Below, piece after piece: positions 58,101 through 64,000 of a stretch of DNA of 64,000 nt. The stretch lies in the UHGV virus genome UHGV-1373362; one strand, 5' to 3'. Position 1 is the stretch's first letter. Each line of letters starts with the position of its first letter. The position numbers and the translations under genes are program-made. The DNA comes from a virus. The notes under the pieces were generated by a model that worked only from the letters and a program-made list of their open reading frames with translations, ran no database searches and was not told the origin of the DNA.

Positions 58101-61100
58101 GCTACAAGAAGGAAATGTAATACGCCAGGATAATACCAGAGTAGCTACCAAACCTATTATAAAGCCAACTGAATATAGGCCAGCTGAATATTATATACGT
58201 GATTTAGGAGGACAGCCTTCTACTGATACCAGAACTTCATCAGAGAGAAATAGAGATTATTGGCATCCCATTAAAGGTGCCAAAGAAAGGTTTAAATCTT
58301 CGATGTCCAATAAAACCAACCCACTAGTGGGATTAGAAAATACTGTAATGCCTGCTATGGCAGGTGCTGCATTAGTAACAACTCCTGCTACATTAATAGG
58401 AGGAACTATAGGTAGTGAAGCAGTTAATAATGCTACTGGAGGTTTTGGAAAATGGCTTGAAGGTAAAACTGGAATACCATCAGAAATTGGGGAATATTTA
58501 AATCCTGGTGCTATATATGGAGGAGCCAAAGGCTACAATATTACTAAGAATAAATTAGCATCTAAATTTATAAAAGGAGATGCAGATTTAGGTTGGAGTC
58601 CTCTTATTAATACAAAAAGATTTAAATATTATAAAGATATACCTATAAGAAAGGGAAGTCATTACAGAGTAGTAACAGGACAGGAACCTATTAATGATGC
58701 GATAACTTCTGGGGTAATTAGAACTAAAGCGGGGAATAAAGCACATAGTTCTGGTAAAGTTAATACATCTAAAATTAAACTTAAACCAAAAACTGTTACA
58801 TATGATGCTCCTTACTTTCAAAAAGAAAAATTATATTATTCCCCTAATAGTAGAGATAAAGTAATTGTAGGGAATGATATTAATACCCCATTTAGAAAAA
58901 TAGGTTTAAAAAATAACATAGAACAATATCCAATAGGGACTCCGATTATCGAGGGGGATATAACTTCTCCATATATAAATGGAAAATTTGGTGTCGCCCC
59001 ATCTAAAGACTTTACCTACTTTGATAGAGGATTGTTTGGATGGCGGGAGAAAACGTTTGATAATAACAATGGACTTATAAACAAAAATCACTGGATATTT
59101 AATAAGGAAGCAAGGACTCCTACTAACATAACTATGGCAGCTGCTAATAGAGTAATGCCATTCTTATCAAATATGGAGAAAACTCCAGCTAGAATTGCAG
59201 CTTATAAAGTAGGTAGAAGAACCAAAGGTAATGCTTCTGTATCTTTAAAGGATATAAAGAATAATGAGTCTACATACACAGGTTCAGCAACACCAGAAGG
59301 TAATAATGGTGATAGGGACTTGTTAGGAATGTATCTATTTCAGAATGACCCATTAATAAGTAAGAGTCCTTGGTTTCAGAAGGTAGCCCAGTCATTTAAG
59401 CCAGCTAAAGGAAAAGGATTCAGCTATAGTGATAGATATAGTAAATTATATCCAGGTATTGAGCAGAGAAGGTATCAAATGCAGTCTGTAGTTAAGGATT
59501 CAAGACCTTTAAGATTTAGAGATATAGAAGAGTTCAACGAGTACTCTAGTGGTATAGGTAAGCTACAAGGCAAGGAAGGTGACATGGTCATAGAAATGCC
59601 AGATGGATTCCAAACATTTAGACAGCCTGGAACTAATTACGCTGGACCTATAGATGATGTAGGAGGACATATTATAAAGATTGATTATAATAACAAGGGT
59701 AAATTAACTCAGATATCTCAAGATATGTGGAAGTTTAACCCTAGGGATTATGCTAAAAGATGGTCAGGCAGCAGTGCATCTGAAGGAGTTAGGGCCACTA
59801 AACAAGCTGCATTAATGGATAAAGTTGGAACACCATTCATACTACAACAGGAAAATCCAATTGTTATAGGAGGAAGGAGAGTATGGGAATCCTTAGAACA
59901 AGTTCCAAGAATACTTAGAGAAAGAAGACAGCCGAGGATGCAAGGTGCATTACTAACTATGAAGAAGGGTGGATTAATTCCTAGATGTCAAGCTGGGGCT
60001 ACCATAAAAGACACAGCTATAGGAATGATTCCTATTGTTGGAACCTATCAAGATTACAAGAAGTTTAGAGATAATCCAACATGGGGGAATTTCGGATGGC
60101 TAGCTGCTTCTGCCCTCGGAGATGCATTATTCTTTACTGGTGCAGGTGCGGCTCTAAAGGGCGTAAAAGCAGCAAGGGTAGCAGCTAAGAGTAGAGCATT
60201 ACTTACAGCTAATAGATACGGCAGAAGTCGGGTAGGGTTTCAAAGAGGACTAGAATATGGCGCATCGAAAGGGGATGTTAAAAGTATGTTCCAGAACTTA
60301 AGAAATTATAAGGTTGCAGAACAGAAACAACTAGCTGCTGAGGCAGCTGCAAGACAGCAAACTATAAATGGTGCTAAGAATATAGGTAAAGACTTGGGTC
60401 AGGATGCAATAGTTAACACTACACAAGAGATAGTATCTAAGCGTAAAGGTGGTAGCTTAGTATCAGATGGTAGAAGATTTAAGTTTAAGGACTCTCCTTT
60501 AGCAAGGAACTCAAAAACTCTTAATAATAAAAGAGATATGAGGAAGAAGTTTATGAAGTCTGATAGGCCTACATATACTAACAATAGAATAAGAAAAGGA
60601 CAAGAAGGTTTAAGGTTTGTAAACTATGATGAGGTAAAGAACCCAGAGTTAAACTTCAATGATTATAAACTACCTGTAGATACTTTTAGTCCCTATAATA
60701 TTCCTGTTAAATCTAATGGAACAGAACCAATTAGGGAAAGAATAGTGGAAAAAATAGTTGAGGTTCCAGTTGAAGTAACTAAACAAGAAGAAAAGGAGGA
60801 AGTAAAAGTGCCGTGGACAAATCAATATAAAAACAACAAGCAACAATGGATTACAGACCTTACTAATGCTTATAGAAATGCTGGTATAACTAATGAAGAT
60901 ACATTAAATATGTTAATATCCCAGGATGCATTAGAGAGTGGATGGGGTAGATCAGCTCAGGGAGATTATAATTTTGGTAATATAACTGCAGGTAAATATT
61001 GGAAGGGAAGAACTGTTACAGGTGGTGATCATAATGCTAAAGGTCAAAAGATTAGCCAAGTATTTAGAGCTTACGATAGTATAAATGACTACGCTAAAGA

Positions 61101-61260
61101 TAAAGTTGATTTTCTAAAGAGACTATATGACTTTACAGAGGGTGATACCATAGATGTATTTGCTAATAAGTTACAAGGGGGTAACAGAGGTAAGAGAAAA
61201 TATGCAGAGGCTCCTAACTATGTTGAAATGCTAAAGAAGGTCTATAGAGGAGGAAAATAA
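58084..61260 (+). CDS. Large protein of 1058 aa with a C-terminal glucosaminidase or muramidase domain (FlgJ or GH73-like peptidoglycan hydrolase).
   Basis: The C-terminus ISQDALESGWGRSAQGDYNFGNITAG...FRAYDSINDYAKDKVDFLKRL matches the Glucosaminidase family motifs aQAalESgwG.S, NnlFGIka, and FraY.S. Confidence 0.7.
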   Translation: MKIIPKLQEGNVIRQDNTRVATKPIIKPTEYRPAEYYIRDLGGQPSTDTRTSSERNRDYWHPIKGAKERFKSSMSNKTNPLVGLENTVMPAMAGAALVTTPATLIGGTIGSEAVNNATGGFGKWLEGKTGIPSEIGEYLNPGAIYGGAKGYNITKNKLASKFIKGDADLGWSPLINTKRFKYYKDIPIRKGSHYRVVTGQEPINDAITSGVIRTKAGNKAHSSGKVNTSKIKLKPKTVTYDAPYFQKEKLYYSPNSRDKVIVGNDINTPFRKIGLKNNIEQYPIGTPIIEGDITSPYINGKFGVAPSKDFTYFDRGLFGWREKTFDNNNGLINKNHWIFNKEARTPTNITMAAANRVMPFLSNMEKTPARIAAYKVGRRTKGNASVSLKDIKNNESTYTGSATPEGNNGDRDLLGMYLFQNDPLISKSPWFQKVAQSFKPAKGKGFSYSDRYSKLYPGIEQRRYQMQSVVKDSRPLRFRDIEEFNEYSSGIGKLQGKEGDMVIEMPDGFQTFRQPGTNYAGPIDDVGGHIIKIDYNNKGKLTQISQDMWKFNPRDYAKRWSGSSASEGVRATKQAALMDKVGTPFILQQENPIVIGGRRVWESLEQVPRILRERRQPRMQGALLTMKKGGLIPRCQAGATIKDTAIGMIPIVGTYQDYKKFRDNPTWGNFGWLAASALGDALFFTGAGAALKGVKAARVAAKSRALLTANRYGRSRVGFQRGLEYGASKGDVKSMFQNLRNYKVAEQKQLAAEAAARQQTINGAKNIGKDLGQDAIVNTTQEIVSKRKGGSLVSDGRRFKFKDSPLARNSKTLNNKRDMRKKFMKSDRPTYTNNRIRKGQEGLRFVNYDEVKNPELNFNDYKLPVDTFSPYNIPVKSNGTEPIRERIVEKIVEVPVEVTKQEEKEEVKVPWTNQYKNNKQQWITDLTNAYRNAGITNEDTLNMLISQDALESGWGRSAQGDYNFGNITAGKYWKGRTVTGGDHNAKGQKISQVFRAYDSINDYAKDKVDFLKRLYDFTEGDTIDVFANKLQGGNRGKRKYAEAPNYVEMLKKVYRGGK

Positions 61261-62339
61261 TGAAGTTAATTCCTAAATACCAGAAAGCAGGCTTAATAGC
61301 TAGGAGAGATAATACCAATGTAGATACTCCTAATCCTTATGATAAACTGACTTATAAATTCCAATATACTCCAAGACAAGAAACATTATCATCGGATACT
61401 AGACCTGAATCTCAAAGAGAGCAAGGTAAGAAAAGGGCAGAGTTGGAATACAAGGCATATGATAGAGCAAGGAGAGAGGAAGAAGGGCTGCAACATTTAA
61501 ATGCATTTCTGGAATTTACTGATTATGCGGGATTAGCTTCTGGTGCTGGAAGTATAGCGACTAAAGGAGCTAAATCTATTGGGAAGAGACTGATTAGTAA
61601 AAGAGCAGCTCAGAATGTTGACAATGATTTACTTAATTTCTTACCGGGATTCAGTCCTGAACCTATATCTACACCTTTAACAGCTGAGGCTACTAAGGAG
61701 TTTTTTGATTATGATGTTCTTCCCAGGTTTAGAAAATTGGGAAATGAAATTCCAACTTCTCCAGATAAGAGTTGGTATACATACACTAGAGAAGTACTTC
61801 CTAAAGGAGTAACTGGACAGCATTGGGTATATACAGGTAAGATAGACATATCACATAGACTTCCAAGGGATAAAGCCGAAGCTGTCAAAGCACATGAGTT
61901 TAGACATAAATTAGATAAGCTAAATCCACTAAATGACTCTCAGAAGGATTACTTAAACAAAACTTATAGGGTGTTTAATAATACATCCATTGAACACCCA
62001 GGGTCTAATACCTTATCAGAAAGGATGGCTACTAATACTGAGTTGAGATTCAAATACTTTAATGAGCTTAAAGGAAATTTAGGAAGGATTCCATCTGTTA
62101 GGGAGCTAGACGAATATATTGATAGTATTCCAGAAAGTACTATCTTAGATGATATAAGTAAGGTAAATGGATATGGATTTGATTATACTAATTCCTTATT
62201 ACAAACCATGAACAATAATAAGGGTAGATTAAGTAGTGAAGAAATATTTAAGGGAGGTAAGTCATGGCTTAAGAATATTAAAACTACTATGAAAGCGGTC
62301 CCAGTATTATCTCCATTCTTAATTAATAACAAGCAATGA
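61260..62339 (+). CDS. Hypothetical protein, 359 aa, sharing its N-terminal module with the upstream 1058-aa protein.
   Basis: Its N-terminus MKLIPKYQKAGLIARRDNTNVDTP aligns with MKIIPKLQEGNVIRQDNTRVATKP of the upstream protein. A TAATG stop-start overlap joins the two genes. Confidence 0.6.
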   Translation: MKLIPKYQKAGLIARRDNTNVDTPNPYDKLTYKFQYTPRQETLSSDTRPESQREQGKKRAELEYKAYDRARREEEGLQHLNAFLEFTDYAGLASGAGSIATKGAKSIGKRLISKRAAQNVDNDLLNFLPGFSPEPISTPLTAEATKEFFDYDVLPRFRKLGNEIPTSPDKSWYTYTREVLPKGVTGQHWVYTGKIDISHRLPRDKAEAVKAHEFRHKLDKLNPLNDSQKDYLNKTYRVFNNTSIEHPGSNTLSERMATNTELRFKYFNELKGNLGRIPSVRELDEYIDSIPESTILDDISKVNGYGFDYTNSLLQTMNNNKGRLSSEEIFKGGKSWLKNIKTTMKAVPVLSPFLINNKQ

Positions 62340-62584
62340 GGTTTATATCATTTGTAAGTGGGATATTTACTTCCCATTCTGGAATTAGTAGTAAAAGGGT
62401 ATGTGGAGTATTAGGATGGTTTATAGCTATTGCCGTATTACTATACTGTACTGTACACGTTGTTCAAGCCCCATTAATGATAGATACATTCCTAGTCTGT
62501 TGTATGGCATTACTTGGTATTGATTCTATAACAGGAATCTGGAAGAAGTTTGATAATAAATCTAAGGATAAGAATGAATTATAA
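62336..62584 (+). CDS. Small two-transmembrane protein, 82 aa, a holin-like candidate.
   Basis: It has two hydrophobic helices (GVLGWFIAIAVLLYCTV and FLVCCMALLGIDSI) followed by a charged C-terminus. It lies downstream of a peptidoglycan hydrolase. Confidence 0.4.
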   Translation: MRFISFVSGIFTSHSGISSKRVCGVLGWFIAIAVLLYCTVHVVQAPLMIDTFLVCCMALLGIDSITGIWKKFDNKSKDKNEL

Positions 62585-62765
62585 TCAAGCTACTTTATAT
62601 GCCACTACTGGTAAGATATTATTGCTTCCAGGATGGCATGGATATTTCTATTGGAATTATGGTACTAAAGAGCTAAACTTTAGAGATGGTGATTATCATT
62701 TAGATAGTAAGCAGCTAGAAGATAAGAATATAAGAGATAGAAGTGATTGGTATTATATTACATAA
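62550..62765 (+). CDS. Hypothetical protein, 71 aa.
   Basis: An ORF followed by a terminator. Confidence 0.35.
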   Translation: MIINLRIRMNYNQATLYATTGKILLLPGWHGYFYWNYGTKELNFRDGDYHLDSKQLEDKNIRDRSDWYYIT

Positions 62766-62770
62766 CAAAT

Positions 62771-62812
62771 AAGGCGAGCCTAGCATTTAGCTAAGTTCGC
62801 CTTTGTTATTTA
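62771..62812. terminator. Bidirectional rho-independent terminator between convergent genes.
   Basis: The hairpin aaggcgagcctagc-attt-gctaagttcgcctt has about 12 of 14 bp paired and is followed on the plus strand by TTGTTATTTAT. Confidence 0.55.
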
Positions 62813-63018
62813 TAGTATAATATTTGACCCCAGTAAATCCCACTAATAGAAATACAACATAGAGCCTGCTTCATAAAATCCTCATTATCTTTAGCTGACA
62901 ATGGTACAATTATATAATCTACGTGATTACCTCTCAGCTTACTTGCAATCTTATCATCTAAATCGGATTCCTCAATTAGTAACAGAGTTTCTTGTTTATG
63001 ACCTTTAAATGTTTTCAT
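62806..63018 (-). CDS. Hypothetical protein, 70 aa.
   Basis: An ORF convergent with the plus-strand cluster. Confidence 0.4.
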   Translation of the reverse strand: MKTFKGHKQETLLLIEESDLDDKIASKLRGNHVDYIIVPLSAKDNEDFMKQALCCISISGIYWGQILYYK

Positions 63019-63020
63019 AT

Positions 63021-63299
63021 CTACTCTACTTCCTTAAAGTTTATTTTAAAACTCTTAGATGTATATCCAAGTGTACTATTATCCACATGGGAAGGAATGT
63101 CTACATCCCTAGTCTTTATATAGAGTTGACAATGACAAGTACCTTCTTCCATTTCCCTAAACTCTTTACACATACATACTGTATCATCTGTCCTTACTAA
63201 GGAACAAGGACAGTATCTTTTACCATACTTCTCCTTATTCCTTTGTAAGCCAGCTAATACTACTTTCTTTACATCCTCATTAGTAGTAACTTTAATCAT
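63021..63299 (-). CDS. Small Cys-cluster protein resembling the catalytic subunit of ferredoxin-thioredoxin reductase (CPC...CxC...CHC).
   Basis: CPCSLVRTDDTVCMCKEFREMEEGTCHCQLY echoes the FtrC CPC-x16-CPC-x8-CHC-xLF arrangement, including the CHCxL(F/Y) element. Confidence 0.4.
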   Translation of the reverse strand: MIKVTTNEDVKKVVLAGLQRNKEKYGKRYCPCSLVRTDDTVCMCKEFREMEEGTCHCQLYIKTRDVDIPSHVDNSTLGYTSKSFKINFKEVE

Positions 63300-63499
63300 A
63301 CTTCTAATGCATTTTCCAATTCCCTCTTAGCAGTACGTATCCTATATATAAGGGCATTTAAATATTGATCTTTAGATGTTATCTTTCCACATAAATCACT
63401 TATAACCTTTCTAATAATCTCTTCATCTTTAGTACATAGATGTGATAATACATCATCTACTAAATCTTCGTCATATAATTCTATTTCATTTATTGTCAT
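63296..63499 (-). CDS. Hypothetical protein, 67 aa.
   Basis: An ORF with a 4-nt overlap. Confidence 0.4.
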   Translation of the reverse strand: MTINEIELYDEDLVDDVLSHLCTKDEEIIRKVISDLCGKITSKDQYLNALIYRIRTAKRELENALEV

Positions 63500-63683
63500 T
63501 AGTTCCTTTATTAAGAATAGATAATTGGGCCTCTAGCTCACTAATACGTTTCTTTAGTTGCTCATTCTCCTCATGTAATTGCATATTAGCAGTTTTAACC
63601 TCTTCAGCTTTAGATATAAATTTTTCCACTTCTGATTCGAAGAGGGTTAGTTGCATTTTAATATTTTTTATTTCTGGGATCAT
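63486..63683 (-). CDS. Coiled-coil protein, 65 aa.
   Basis: The sequence shows a heptad pattern, QLHEENEQLKKRISELEAQL. Confidence 0.4.
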   Translation of the reverse strand: MIPEIKNIKMQLTLFESEVEKFISKAEEVKTANMQLHEENEQLKKRISELEAQLSILNKGTNDNK

Positions 63684-64000
63684 TTTCTATTTCATTAATA
63701 ATCCTAAGTAGCATTGGCGACTTAGAGATAATAATGCTATTAATATAATCTTTAACGTCATCTAAAGTCATAGCTTCAAACTCATCATTACTAAGATTAC
63801 GTGATTCTAATGTCTCAATAAAGACTTCTATAGCTTCTTTGATGGTTTCCCTATCTTTCATTAGATCTTCTGGAATTATTCCAACATTAGTAATCTTTGC
63901 AAATAGGGCTGTATGTTCAGCAAAGATTCTCTCTAATTCTTCATCAGTAATCAATTTTAAAATCTCTACTGCCTTATTATATAATAATTGTGCTTCTAAG
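63658..64000 (-). CDS. Hypothetical protein. It is probably truncated at the 5' end by the window edge.
   Basis: The ORF track start at 63954 is a TTG. The frame stays open upstream to position 64000, so the real start is likely beyond the window. Confidence 0.4.
   Translation of the reverse strand, partial: LEAQLLYNKAVEILKLITDEELERIFAEHTALFAKITNVGIIPEDLMKDRETIKEAIEVFIETLESRNLSNDEFEAMTLDDVKDYINSIIISKSPMLLRIINEIENDPRNKKY

Noticed and set aside
1-64000. CRISPR arrays, tRNA genes, integrase or attachment sites, and stop-codon reassignment.
   Set aside because: No spaced direct-repeat array is present and no intergenic gap is long enough for a tRNA. Very long ORFs read cleanly in the standard code, so there is no evidence for TAG or TGA recoding. 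No recombinase motifs were recognised. tRNAs inside annotated gaps cannot be fully excluded without a scan.

Overview
The window reads as a contiguous 64-kb piece of a large tailed dsDNA phage genome, roughly 33% GC, with almost no intergenic space. Its content and the apparent lack of Shine-Dalgarno sequences suggest a crAss-like phage of a Bacteroidota host. Positions 1-57374 form one minus-strand block; in transcription order it encodes: a PD-(D/E)xK nuclease, a possible small terminase, large terminase (TerL), portal, a set of fibre genes, and a complete diversity-generating retroelement (DGR). These are followed by giant structural or tail proteins of 946, 1870, 1219, 2584 and 1159 aa, an Amidase_3 cell-wall hydrolase, an acidic scaffold-like protein, a probable major capsid protein followed by a hairpin, and further virion proteins running off the left edge. 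A divergent promoter region at 57375-57535 starts a plus-strand cluster: an HNH endonuclease, a 1058-aa protein with a C-terminal FlgJ-like glucosaminidase domain, a paralogous 359-aa protein and small membrane proteins. Small minus-strand early-type genes follow at 62806-64000. The standout system is the DGR. It comprises a reverse transcriptase (43958-45193), a 104-bp template repeat (45336-45439) and a variable repeat (45543-45646) inside the C-terminus of a fibre-like target gene (45521-47581). All 30 TR/VR mismatches fall at template adenines on the coding strand. Other points of note are a Peptidase_S74 intramolecular-chaperone domain on the 1870-aa fibre, BspA-type leucine-rich repeats in the 2584-aa protein, two peptidoglycan hydrolases, a conserved Bacteroidetes-type promoter motif and several rho-independent terminators. 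Functional calls rest on motif recognition by eye and were not confirmed by database searches.
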